From positions 1-62,726 of the forward strand of contig JAOZFG010000034.1 in NCBI GenBank assembly GCA_027491435.1: 62,726 nt of DNA, in the 5' to 3' direction. Position 1 is the stretch's first letter. Every line of letters begins with the position of its first letter. The notes under the pieces were generated by a model that was given only the letters and a program-made list of their open reading frames with translations, was not told the DNA's origin and made no database searches. The position numbers were made by a program, and so were the translations under genes. Shown piece by piece: positions 28,465-38,155 of this stretch. This stretch comes from Thermoproteota archaeon (GTDB taxonomy: Archaea > Korarchaeota > Korarchaeia > Korarchaeales > Korarchaeaceae).

Positions 28465-29790
28465 ATGACTCGAAAATTCGTGGACAGGGAGTATGAGCTC
28501 TCCCTCCTAGAGGAAAGCTGGTCTAAAGGGGATCGCCTAATAATAGTGTATGGCAGGAGGAGGGTAGGTAAGACAGAGCTTCTTAAGCGCTTTATGAGGG
28601 ACAAGCCCTCCATCTACTACCTTTGCTCCTTAAGGAAGCTACCTTACAACCTGAAGAGGTTTTCAAGCAAGGTCTCCAAGTTCCTGGGCATTCCTGAAGT
28701 CACCTTCTCGAGCTTTCAAGACGCCTTCCGGGCCCTCTCGGGGAAAAGGGCCCTGGTCATAATTGACGAGTTCGGTTACCTTTTGAGGGATGATCCCGGG
28801 GTGCTCAGCGACTTTCAGGAGGTGGTGGACGAAATTCTGGACTCGGTAACCTTGGTGCTCTGCGGCTCAAGCGTCTCCATGATGGAGTCCCAGGTATTGG
28901 ACGTCAAGTCCCCCTTGTACGGGAGGGCGGACAGGTACCTTAGGGTGGGGCCCTTCAAGCTGAAGCAGCTGGTGGAGTGGTTCCCTGGCTCCAGCTCCGA
29001 GGACCTATTCAAGGTTTACGCCGTAACCGGAGGGGTAGCCAAGTACTTGGAATTCTTCTCTGGAGTTAAGGTTGACGAAGAGGTGGAGAGGAACTTCTTC
29101 GACCCGACCTCCTTCCTTTACATGGACGCCCTGAACCTGCTCTCTGAGGAGCTCAGGGACTACACCACTTACGTCCAGGTACTGGAGGCCATAAGCTTGG
29201 GATACAACAGGGTGACGGAGATAGCTAACTACGCCTTCCTCCAGCCTAAGGACGTTCACTTCTACCTAAAGGTGCTGTCCTCCTTAGGGATAGTCCGAAG
29301 GATCGTGCCAGTCCTAAAGCCAAAGAGGTACAGAAGGGGGATTTACGAGATAGTTGACAACTACTTTGACTTCTGGTTCGGCTTCGTGGCTCCCTTCCAG
29401 TCAGAGATCGAATCCGGTTTCCTCGAGCCGGTCAAGGAGAACTTCAGAGCGAAGTTTCCGGCTTACCTTGGAAGGGTGCTCGAAAGGGAGATTAGGGGCT
29501 CTATCAGGGAGCTGCTCCCCTTCAGGGTCAGGGAGTCAGGCAAGTGGTGGCACAAGGACTTAGAGATAGATGTGGTGGCCTACGGCGATGACATTGCCTT
29601 CATAGAGGTTAAGTGGTCCAGGATAACCTTGAGGGAGGCCAGGAGGATCCTGGACAAGTTAGTTGAGAGGTCTGAAGCAGTTAAATTCCGAGGTGAGAGG
29701 TACTACGGGCTAGTGGCCAGGGAGGTCGAGGGCAAGGAGGAGCTCAGGGGGGAGGGGTTTTTGGTCTACGAGCTTGACGACCTGTTGTAG
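28465..29790 (+). CDS. Archaeal AAA+ ATPase with wHTH and C-terminal DUF234 PD-(D/E)xK domain
   Basis: 'FVDRE', Walker A 'GRRRVGKT', Walker B 'IIDEF', 'GKWW...EIDVVA...FIEVKW'. Confidence 0.88.
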   Translation: MTRKFVDREYELSLLEESWSKGDRLIIVYGRRRVGKTELLKRFMRDKPSIYYLCSLRKLPYNLKRFSSKVSKFLGIPEVTFSSFQDAFRALSGKRALVIIDEFGYLLRDDPGVLSDFQEVVDEILDSVTLVLCGSSVSMMESQVLDVKSPLYGRADRYLRVGPFKLKQLVEWFPGSSSEDLFKVYAVTGGVAKYLEFFSGVKVDEEVERNFFDPTSFLYMDALNLLSEELRDYTTYVQVLEAISLGYNRVTEIANYAFLQPKDVHFYLKVLSSLGIVRRIVPVLKPKRYRRGIYEIVDNYFDFWFGFVAPFQSEIESGFLEPVKENFRAKFPAYLGRVLEREIRGSIRELLPFRVRESGKWWHKDLEIDVVAYGDDIAFIEVKWSRITLREARRILDKLVERSEAVKFRGERYYGLVAREVEGKEELRGEGFLVYELDDLL

Positions 29791-29866
29791 GAACGTGATG
29801 CTGAGGGGCTTAAAACACACCATTTCGCTTGGGAGCCATGTCCCGGCTGATTTGACCCACGATATC

Positions 29867-31198
29867 TCAGGGCCTTCTGACTTCCAGTACCTCCAGCTTG
29901 GCCTCCATTTCGTCGTAGTAAATGTTTCCCCCGTCCCACTCAGCCTCGCCCCTCTGGCTGTCAACCGGGTCTGACCTGAAGTGCTCCTTTGGCGGGTCGA
30001 ACGGGTAGTTAACCTCCGAGTTAAAGGCGAGCCTGTAACCCTCTATCCCGCCGAAGTAAAAGTCCCTCCTCCACTCCTCTCCATCCCTGGGATGGCCGAA
30101 GCTCGGGTCTACGTAAATCCAGCCTAACGGCTCCAAGTAAGCCTGAGCCCAATCGTGCATCCCCCAGCTCACAGGGTTGGCGTACCACCCGGACTGCCAC
30201 CTGGCAGGTATCCCAGCAGCCCTGAGCATCGTTATCAAGAGGATCGCCTGAACTCCGCAGTCCCCTCTCCTCTTTCGGAAGATGAACTCGCTTATGTTGT
30301 CGAAGAGGGCGTAATCGTGGACATAGGTGTACTTAGTGTTGCCTATCACCCAGTCCCAAATCCTCCTCGCCTTAGTTAGGGGACTGTCGGCATCTGCTGT
30401 GAGGGAGCTGACCACTTCCTTCAACTCCTTGGAGAAGGTGATGTGGGGCACCCTCTCCTCCAGGTGACGGAGCTCAGCCTTCCCCTCACCTCCCGAGTTG
30501 GGGGCCCTGGGCTCCACTAACGCCTCGTACTCCACCCAGGCCTCGGCCCCGTCCTTCCAGGTCACCTCAAAGTAGGCAGTCCTCTGGGGGTGATCCTCGC
30601 TGGAGATGTAGGGCTCATCGCTGTAGCTTATTACCCTCACCTCCGGGTGGAGGGGGCTCACCCTCGGTATCGGAAGCCATATCCTGACTCTCTCCCCTCT
30701 AGGAACGCCGCCTTTCACTTTGAGCGAGGCCCTCACCCTGAAGGTTAGGGAGGTAGCTTCGCCCCTCATGACCTTAAGGGCCCTCTCCCTGAGGGCCTCC
30801 CTGGCCCTCCTCCTGACCCCGTTTTCCTCCTCGTACCTTCCCCTGAGGGAGGGGCAGAGCCAGACCATGTTGGGCAGGAACCTCTCGAAGACCCTGACTT
30901 CGCCCTCTAGCCTTATGTGGTCCACGCATCCAGATGAGAGCAGTTGCCTGAACTCCTCCCTGTCCAATCCTTCAATCCTCCTAGCCGCCAGGTTGAAGGC
31001 TTCCTCCTCGTCATAAGGATACTGGAGGGGCCACCTCCTTAATCTTTCCAGCTCAAACTCTAGCCTCCTCCTGTAGCTTCCCTCAGCTGACTTGAGCAGC
31101 TCCTCAATTTGAAACCTGGCCTCCGAATGCTTTCCTTCCCTTATAAGGGCTTCCAGATCTCTCGGAAGCCTGTGGACCATGAAATCCAGGACGTTCAT
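29867..31198 (-). CDS. Transglutaminase-like domain protein
   Basis: Cys-His-Asp triad: 'GDCG', 'GIPARWQSG', 'HDWAQ', 'WIYVDP'. Confidence 0.85.
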   Translation of the reverse strand: MNVLDFMVHRLPRDLEALIREGKHSEARFQIEELLKSAEGSYRRRLEFELERLRRWPLQYPYDEEEAFNLAARRIEGLDREEFRQLLSSGCVDHIRLEGEVRVFERFLPNMVWLCPSLRGRYEEENGVRRRAREALRERALKVMRGEATSLTFRVRASLKVKGGVPRGERVRIWLPIPRVSPLHPEVRVISYSDEPYISSEDHPQRTAYFEVTWKDGAEAWVEYEALVEPRAPNSGGEGKAELRHLEERVPHITFSKELKEVVSSLTADADSPLTKARRIWDWVIGNTKYTYVHDYALFDNISEFIFRKRRGDCGVQAILLITMLRAAGIPARWQSGWYANPVSWGMHDWAQAYLEPLGWIYVDPSFGHPRDGEEWRRDFYFGGIEGYRLAFNSEVNYPFDPPKEHFRSDPVDSQRGEAEWDGGNIYYDEMEAKLEVLEVRRP

Positions 31199-31613
31199 AT
31201 TGGAGTTGAGTGGTGGTTATCTAAAAACCCCTGGGGATGTGGGTATGTTATAAACGTAGGGGGGTCACCTAATTACCTTCGAGCTTCTCGCTCGAACGGG
31301 GTTGGGCACAGGAAATGCAGATAAAAGTTTGGTAGAGCAAGTAAAGGCTGCTTTTAACAGTAAGTAGCTCACTACACAGAACCTCACTTCTCACAACCTT
31401 TGCTCCTCTTCCTGCGTTGTCAACTTACTTGATAACCTTGAGCTCGGATCCCAAGTAATGTTCATAGTTATAATGGTTTGCTCAGTTAGATTTGAAGTCC
31501 TTCCCAAGCTAGGCCAGCAGAAGTTCTTAAGTTGTAGCACGTACCCATATTTTCCAAATAGCCGTGCTACTTAGGAATAAACGGAAAATTCCTTTTTATA
31601 CCACACAATCACT

Positions 31614-32141
31614 TTGACCACAATGAGGGTTTTATCTGAGATCTTCACCGATAAGGGGAGCTTTACCCTAGTGGAAGGCAGATTTAAAGTTCTGCACGAG
31701 ATCCCCCTTAGGAACACACTCCTCAGGACTTTTGACGGGCATGAGCACCTCCACAACGTAGCGGTGATCTTCAAGGACGGGAAGAAGGAGGAGATTATAG
31801 GGGAGGTGGATCTAATACTTTATCAGAGCATAAAGCTGACTTTCCTCCACCTGTTTGAGTTTAAGACCAGATTAAGTACTAAAGTAGCTAAACAAGTAGT
31901 GAAGCAGGTGAGAAGGGCGTCTATCATAGCTGAGATGGTCAGAGTATGGTTGAACAGCCTGGGGATGGAGGTAAAGAAGTGGAGCTATACAGTGCTCGTT
32001 AGGGGTGAGGTGGAGAGTGCGGTGCTGAGATACTTGATTGAGCGATCTATAGGGGTCATCACTTGGGATGAGCTCACCGAGGAGGGGAAGAAAATCCTAA
32101 GGAAAATCCCCAAGAGGGAGTTCTCAGAGCTTAGAGGTTAG
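31614..32141 (+). CDS. Hypothetical protein, PD-(D/E)xK nuclease-like
   Basis: 'GEVDLIL...HLFEFKT' motif. Confidence 0.5.
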   Translation: MTTMRVLSEIFTDKGSFTLVEGRFKVLHEIPLRNTLLRTFDGHEHLHNVAVIFKDGKKEEIIGEVDLILYQSIKLTFLHLFEFKTRLSTKVAKQVVKQVRRASIIAEMVRVWLNSLGMEVKKWSYTVLVRGEVESAVLRYLIERSIGVITWDELTEEGKKILRKIPKREFSELRG

Positions 32142-32229
32142 GGGAGTCGGTTACCCCTGGGGCAATCACAATTCAGTCTGGGATGGCTTCGTCATCCTCC
32201 CCGGTTAACTACCAGAACCATTGATAACC

Positions 32230-32847
32230 TTATCGTAACGCCTCCAGAAGCTCCCTTATTAGAACCCCCTCCCTCAAAGATATCTGGCCTGGAGCTACTG
32301 GCCTGTCCAAGTAAGTGTACAGTAGGGGAGCCCCCAGAAGGGCCGAAGCCCTCCTGCTGAAGGAGCCCAACTCTCCCATGGCGAAGGCTATCAGCCTATC
32401 CCTGTACTCGCTCCCGTAAAGGCCGAGCACCCTGTACCCGTCCTCAACGCTCCTTGCCATTGTGACGACCTTGATCAGTTCGGCCTTGGACAGCTCTCTA
32501 ACAACTTCCATAAGCTCCTCCTTCGATGGGGTGCCCGAGAAGTCGTGCCAAGATCCTATCACCCCCTCCCCGCTGACCTCCGATAAGTACTCCAGCTCCA
32601 CGTCCAGGTAGGCGACGGACCCCCTGTAGCTCAGGAGCCTCTCCAGCTCTCCATCGGTCATGATCCCCTTGCCTCCATGCCTCCTGCTCCTGTAGGTGAG
32701 CAAGATCCTGTCAGAGTGGCGCCAGGGAAACTCGTCTTGGTCTGGGACCTTGCCCCAGATGAGGTCCGCCCTAAGTTCCACTAGGTCAGCTTCCTCCAGA
32801 GCTTTATCCAGGTCTAAAGACTGGAGGCTCACCACCACCTTAACCAA
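32230..32847 (-). CDS. aroD: Type I 3-dehydroquinate dehydratase
   Basis: 'ELRAD', 'LTYRS..HGG', 'SWHDF', 'IKVV', 'FAMG', 'APGQ'. Confidence 0.88.
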   Translation of the reverse strand: MVKVVVSLQSLDLDKALEEADLVELRADLIWGKVPDQDEFPWRHSDRILLTYRSRRHGGKGIMTDGELERLLSYRGSVAYLDVELEYLSEVSGEGVIGSWHDFSGTPSKEELMEVVRELSKAELIKVVTMARSVEDGYRVLGLYGSEYRDRLIAFAMGELGSFSRRASALLGAPLLYTYLDRPVAPGQISLREGVLIRELLEALR

Positions 32848-33619
32848 GGAGCTCCACCGCCTCTTCCGGCTTCATTCCCTTGTATATTATCCCCCTGATA
32901 GCCTCCAGGAACTTACCCGGATCATCCCTCTGGAAGACGTTCCTCCCGAAGGCTATGCCCGCAGCTCCAGCCTGAACGGCGTCGTAAACCATCTTAAGGA
33001 CGTCCAGGTCGCTACTGACCTTGGGGCCTCCAGCTATTACCACTGGGACGTGCACCCCGTTAACCACTTTCTCAAAGCTCTCCCTGCTACCCGTGTAGGG
33101 AACCTTCACTATGTCAGCCCCCAGCTCGGCCCCGACCCTGGCCACAAGGGCTATCTTCTCTGGGTCGTACTTGTCCTTGATGTTGGGCCCTCTGGCGTAC
33201 ATCATGGCCAGCAATGGAACTCCTAGCTCGTCAGCCTCAGCGGCCACCTCTCCTAGCTTCCTAAGCATTTCCGGTTCGCTAGGCTCTCCCCCAACGTTGA
33301 CGTGAACGCTTACCCCTTCAGCCCCCAGCCTCAGGGCCTCAAGCACGTCCCCAACCCTGACTTTGTGGTTGGGCTCCGGGCCGACGTAGGTGCTGGCAGA
33401 GAGGTGCATCATCACCGAAACATTGGGGGGCTCCCTCAACGCCTTTATCGAGCCCTTATGAAGCACCACGCAGGTGGCTTGCCCCTCAACCCTCTTCACC
33501 GCTTCCACTATGTTCTCTATTCCCTTTATCGGTCCATCAGTCACCCCGTGATCCATAGGGACGCAAATCATCTTTCCTTGAGGCATTAACCTCGCTAACC
33601 TCACCTGCTTGCCCCACAT
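32840..33619 (-). CDS. aroA': 2-amino-3,7-dideoxy-D-threo-hept-6-ulosonate synthase (class I aldolase, AroA')
   Basis: 'VPMDHGVTDGP', 'MHLSAST', 'VSVHVNVG', 'AELGADIVK', 'IAGGPK'; coupled to aroD. Confidence 0.8.
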   Translation of the reverse strand: MWGKQVRLARLMPQGKMICVPMDHGVTDGPIKGIENIVEAVKRVEGQATCVVLHKGSIKALREPPNVSVMMHLSASTYVGPEPNHKVRVGDVLEALRLGAEGVSVHVNVGGEPSEPEMLRKLGEVAAEADELGVPLLAMMYARGPNIKDKYDPEKIALVARVGAELGADIVKVPYTGSRESFEKVVNGVHVPVVIAGGPKVSSDLDVLKMVYDAVQAGAAGIAFGRNVFQRDDPGKFLEAIRGIIYKGMKPEEAVELLG

Positions 33620-33910
33620 AGAGGTCCCAGCACAGCCCCTAACAGTACTTATTGTTTATCCCTGCGGGCCGCCCTGCAGTAGGCGGAGGACGTTTTTCAG
33701 CTAAAAAACGTTCGACTTCAGGCCAATCACTCAACTCTTAATTTCACATTTACATACTAGGCTGTTATCACCAACATATAATTAACATAACTGATTTATT
33801 TATAAAAAATATAACTTAAAAATTTTTATCAGAAATTAAGCTAACGAAAAGTTTAAATATGATAAATGCTAGTCGCGCGTGGAGCCTCTTTTCGGGGGGT
33901 GAGACGTTTG

Positions 33911-34072
33911 ATGGTGAGGCTAGGGAGCAAGGGGTTACTCAGGATACCCATGTACCTGTTGAAGGAGCTCAACCTCAAGGAGGGGTCGGTCCTCCACCTG
34001 GAAGTTGAGGATGGCAAGATAGTCCTCAGGCCCAGGATAGCCAGGGCCAACTGCACTGGTATGGTGGGCTAG
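33911..34072 (+). CDS. AbrB/MazE/SpoVT-family DNA-binding protein
   Basis: 'VRLGSKGLLRIP...LNLKEGSVLHLEVEDGKIVLRP'. Confidence 0.75.
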   Translation: MVRLGSKGLLRIPMYLLKELNLKEGSVLHLEVEDGKIVLRPRIARANCTGMVG

Positions 34073-35371
34073 GCCCTGGCTTCCCCTCCCGTCAACCACT
34101 TCCAGATGGGAACTACTTTTATCTTGCACCTCTCCAGCAGAGTCTGCTCCTCATCCCAGGTGACTACCGTTGCTTCCTTAATCCTGAGCTCCGGCTGTTA
34201 GGAGGGAAATAAACGCCTTGAGAAGTTTTTGTTGCTTCCTTAATCCTGAGCTCCCTACATGCTTCTAACACTTTCTTTAGGTGGACGTGCTCTAGCTTAA
34301 GGGTAACTTCCACCAACTCAACGGGCTTGCCTGCACGTCGGACCACGAAGTCCACCTCACGGCCAGATTTAGTGACGTAGTATGAAATCTCCTCCCCCGG
34401 TCCCCTAGACCTCCTCTTCAGTTCAAGATAGACCGAGTTCTCCACTCTCCTGCCCAGATCCATGACCGAGCTGAAGACGTTAGATATGGCCACATCCACA
34501 AGGTAGACTTTCTTTGGGGAGATTCTCCTTATCCTCTCTGATGCGGAGCTCCTATACACGGTGAATATTAGGAAGGCTTCCCTCATATACTCCACGTAGT
34601 TTATCAAGGTCTTGGTATCTACACTAACCCCCTGGGCTTTTAACAACCTCCTCAGAGAGTTCCAGGTCACCAGATTGGAATAGTTGGAGAGTACGAAGTA
34701 GACACGTCCCTAAACTCGCTTAAATCCCTTATACCGTGCCTTTCTATCACGTCCCTGTAAAAGATAGTCTCAAGCAGTGAGATCACCTTCTCTCTGGACC
34801 TGAAGAGCCAGACCTCAGGAAATCCTCCCCACTTCAAGTAGTCGTTGAGGAGAGACCTTATCCTCCCCCTCTCCCTGAAGGTCAAGCCCTTAGAGCTTGC
34901 CACCTCTCTAAAGGAGAGGGGGAGGAGCAACTTTGAGCTGTAGCGTCCCCTAAGCTGGGTAGGTATCTCGGATGAATGAAGGGCTGAGGATGAGCCGGAA
35001 ACGTAAAGATAGAAATCTTTGACGTCGTGAAGCCAACGAAGCTTTCTACCCCAGTCCGGCCACTCCTGAACCTCATCCAGGAAGAGGTGAACCCTCCCTT
35101 CAGGATACTCAGCTCTAACCATCTCAGCAAACTCCCTAGCCTCGACTTTTCTGACTAGTGGTTCATCAAAAGGTATATAGAGAGCCTGTCCTCCCTTATC
35201 CAAGATGGATTGAGCTAATTTCAGCATGATGAAGGTCTTCCCAACTCTTCTAGGTCCTATGACAGCTATTATGTCCGGGAACGATTGAGGAAGGGAGAAA
35301 TCTCTGGGAACCTCCTGGACGTACTTTAGGGAGCCAAGGTACTCAAGGGTGAGCTCCTTTAGGAAACCCAT
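34069..35371 (-). pseudogene. AAA+ ATPase (AAA_14/DUF4143) pseudogene with two lesions
   Basis: 'GPRRVGKT', 'FLDEVQ', 'GGFPE', 'KKVYLVD', 'EVDFV'. Frameshift near 34702 and a 62-bp insertion at 34169-34254; the original tail 'VVTWDEE...KVVPIWKWL' is recoverable. Confidence 0.88.
34169..34254. repeat. Two exact 24-bp direct repeats separated by a 38-bp insert (single repeat-spacer-repeat unit)
   Basis: GTTGCTTCCTTAATCCTGAGCTCC at 34169-34192 and 34231-34254. Confidence 0.92.
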
Positions 35372-35704
35372 AGACTTATACTCCACAGATATATAAATAG
35401 TTTGGATTGGTAGTCAATAGAATTAGTCAGTAATGTTGGTCAGTCCAACCGAGGTTTAGCTGCTCTATCAAGCGGAGGGCGATCTGTAGGGCTTGCCCTG
35501 ATAGATTCTATGGGATAGCCCTGCAGAAAATTTCTCTCATACCCTTCATAGCTTAGGGTAGATTTCCCAAAGGAGCTTAGGAAAAGTCCTCGAAAGCCCT
35601 CAGGTGGTAAGAAATGCAGGAGAACTGCATAGTTGGGTTCGCTGAGTACTCGTCCAACAGCTGTTCCCCTGTGCCTGTCATTCCCTTAACTTTCACTTCC
35701 TTAT

Positions 35705-36490
35705 TTAGCTCCCCATTATCCTGCGATAATCCCCTTCCACAAGCCCTCCTACCAAGTCTAGGTAGACTTGGGTGGTGTTCAAGTTTGAGTGGCCCAGTAT
35801 GGCCTGTAAGGCCCTTATGTTACCTCCCCTCAGAAGGTAGAGTATGGCGAAGCTGTGCCTGACCTTGTGGGGCGAGGAGTTGAGTGCCTGCTTGACCCAC
35901 CTCCTAATTGTTCTATCAGACCTGGGGAATACCCTTTCACCCCCGCTCACCGCCTTAAGCTCCCTCAAAACGCTGGCAGTATAGTCGGTGAAGTAAACGA
36001 CCCTGTCCTTCTCACCCTTCCCCCTGACCAGGGCTTTCCTGGCCTCCAAGTCGATCCGATCCCAGGTCAGGGAGACGAGCTCGCTGACCCTGACCCCTGT
36101 ATCAGCTAGGAAGAGCAAGGCAGCCTTCCTGATAAGGGGCAAGTCCTTAACAGCTTCCCTCAGGGACTGAACTGACTCTAAGAGCTCCCTGCTAACCCTG
36201 GGCTTTGGAGGAGGAGCCCTCATGCTCTTAGCTAGTCTTCTAACCTCCTGAAGGAGGTCTTGTCTGCCAGCGACTTCAAAGAGGCGGACTAACCTCCGGA
36301 GGTAGGTCCTCAGGGTGATGGGCTTCACCCTCTCCTGCATCAAAGCTACCCAGGCCCTCAAGTCAAGTGGGGTCAGCTGGTCCAGGGGCTTAAAGCTCAG
36401 GAGGGACCTGAACAGGCCCTCGTACTTTTTCCTGGATAGGGGCGAGAGCCCGGCGAGGGCCGCCTTTATCAGCACGTCCTCTTCCATCAA
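35705..36490 (-). CDS. Tyrosine recombinase, XerA-like
   Basis: 'TGVRVSEL', 'GKGEKDR', 'HKVRHSFA', 'LGHSNLNTTQVY': full R-K-H-R-H-Y set. Confidence 0.9.
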   Translation of the reverse strand: MMEEDVLIKAALAGLSPLSRKKYEGLFRSLLSFKPLDQLTPLDLRAWVALMQERVKPITLRTYLRRLVRLFEVAGRQDLLQEVRRLAKSMRAPPPKPRVSRELLESVQSLREAVKDLPLIRKAALLFLADTGVRVSELVSLTWDRIDLEARKALVRGKGEKDRVVYFTDYTASVLRELKAVSGGERVFPRSDRTIRRWVKQALNSSPHKVRHSFAILYLLRGGNIRALQAILGHSNLNTTQVYLDLVGGLVEGDYRRIMGS

Positions 36491-36535
36491 ACTTTTTGGA
36501 AGCCGCCCTTTAAATTTTAGAGGGTTGCCTTCCAG

Positions 36536-37744
36536 ATGGCCTGCATCTCAGGGAAGGCGTTCGTCGGAGGCAGGTTCCTGGACCTGTTCATCCGCTTCTC
36601 TGAAGTTATAGAGAGGATCAGCCTAGTGAAGGAGCCTGGTTGCGACGAGGCCTATCTAATACTGCCCGGCTTTGTTGACCTTCACGTCCACATGAGGGGG
36701 CTCAATCAGAGGCACAAAGGGGACTGGGGCTCTGAGTCGCTGGCCGCCTTGCACGGGGGCGTCACGGTGGTGGCGGATATGCCCAACAACGATCCCCCGA
36801 TAAGGGATCGTGGTTCCCTTGAGAGGAAATACGAGGAGGCCTCAAAGGAGAGCTACGTGGACTTTCTTTTCTACACCTTAGCCCCATTCCTTCCGGAGGA
36901 CCCTATAGTCGTAGGTGTGAAGGTTTACCCAGAGCAGCTCTACGACCTGACCCCCTTCAGGAGGTCTGGGGAGCTCGGGAAGGAGCTAGTGGTGCACGCC
37001 GAGGACCCTGAGGTCCTCAAGCTCGGGGAAACTGTAAACAGCCCGGATTATCACTGGAAGGCTCGTCCCGATTCGGCTGAGCTAGTGGCAGTTGAAAAAG
37101 TCGTCGAGATGTCCAGGCTGACCGGAAGTCGTCTTAGGATAGCCCACGCCTCCCTTCCCGACTCAGTAATTACTGCTAAGAGAGCTGGCTCCAAGGTTGA
37201 GGTGACCCCGCATCACCTCTTTTTCTCTAGGGAAGACGTTAGAGGGCCCCTAGCCAAGGTGAATCCCCCGTTAAGGTCTGATGAGGACGTATCAAGGCTG
37301 ATGAAGCTGGTTTCCTCCGGTTCCGTCGACTTCCTGGTCACGGATCACGCCCCTCATTCCAGGGAGGAGAAGTCAAGGGATTACGAGGAAATGCCCCCGG
37401 GAATTCCCTGGCTGGACGTAATGGCCCCCTTCCTGCTCAGCAAGGTTAAGGAGGGGTTCCCAACCATAATACTGGAGATGTACTCATCTGCTCCTGCCTC
37501 CCACATGGGGCTGAACAGGGGGACCATCGCCCCGGGGATGCTCGCCGACCTAGTTGTGCTTTCCAAGGAGGAGTGGACCGTCTCTGAGAGAAGCCTATAC
37601 ACAAGGGCCGGAGACTCCCTGCTCATGGGCAAGAGACTGCCCTACAAGGTCGAGAAGGTCTTCCTGAGGGGAGAGTTGGTGTTCCACGATGGGCCGGTGG
37701 ATGGGCCCAAGGGGGGCTTGGCAAACTCCAGGGGGTCACTCTAA
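36536..37744 (+). CDS. pyrC: Dihydroorotase (amidohydrolase family)
   Basis: 'DLHVHMR', 'DMPN', 'HAED', 'EVTPHHL', 'KVNPPLR', 'TDHAPH'. Confidence 0.85.
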   Translation: MACISGKAFVGGRFLDLFIRFSEVIERISLVKEPGCDEAYLILPGFVDLHVHMRGLNQRHKGDWGSESLAALHGGVTVVADMPNNDPPIRDRGSLERKYEEASKESYVDFLFYTLAPFLPEDPIVVGVKVYPEQLYDLTPFRRSGELGKELVVHAEDPEVLKLGETVNSPDYHWKARPDSAELVAVEKVVEMSRLTGSRLRIAHASLPDSVITAKRAGSKVEVTPHHLFFSREDVRGPLAKVNPPLRSDEDVSRLMKLVSSGSVDFLVTDHAPHSREEKSRDYEEMPPGIPWLDVMAPFLLSKVKEGFPTIILEMYSSAPASHMGLNRGTIAPGMLADLVVLSKEEWTVSERSLYTRAGDSLLMGKRLPYKVEKVFLRGELVFHDGPVDGPKGGLANSRGSL

Positions 37745-38155
37745 GCTGAAATCCCTAACGTGTTTAGCCCTACCCCCCACCTTCCTCAAGAGCTTCTCAT
37801 CAGCTGTATAGGCTACTGTGCCTAAAAGCTCAGCTAAAGCTACGTACGAGGCGTCGTAAACGGTTACCCCCTTCCTCATAGCCACCTCCAAGGTTTTAGA
37901 GGAGAGTTCACCTGAGAGCTCGTGCAGGGTAAACTGGAAGTCATCCATTATCTCAGCTACTCGTTTAAGCTCCTCCTCTCCAAAGGCCCCTGAGTACTTC
38001 AGGGCGTTTAACACCTCATAGGGAAGCAGGCTGGGAGCCTCTAGATCGACGACCCCTGATGCGTAGGCCTGTTTTATAAGCCTTGCCTCGCGGCTGTACT
38101 CCTCCTCCACGAACCACTTAACCACTACAGAGGCATCTACAACAATTCTCTCCAT
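37736..38155 (-). CDS. vapC: VapC PIN-domain toxin
   Basis: 'VVDASVVVKW', 'YEVLNAL', 'VYDASYVALA', 'TAD'. Confidence 0.9.
   Translation of the reverse strand: MERIVVDASVVVKWFVEEEYSREARLIKQAYASGVVDLEAPSLLPYEVLNALKYSGAFGEEELKRVAEIMDDFQFTLHELSGELSSKTLEVAMRKGVTVYDASYVALAELLGTVAYTADEKLLRKVGGRAKHVRDFSLE

Noticed and set aside
33740-33865. AT-rich tract as replication origin or CRISPR leader
   Set aside because: No ORB repeats or cdc6 nearby, and it is ~300 bp from the repeat with a gene in between.
34169-34254. Calling this a functional CRISPR array
   Set aside because: Only two repeats, the repeat is ATPase coding sequence, and there is no adjacent leader or cas gene in the window.
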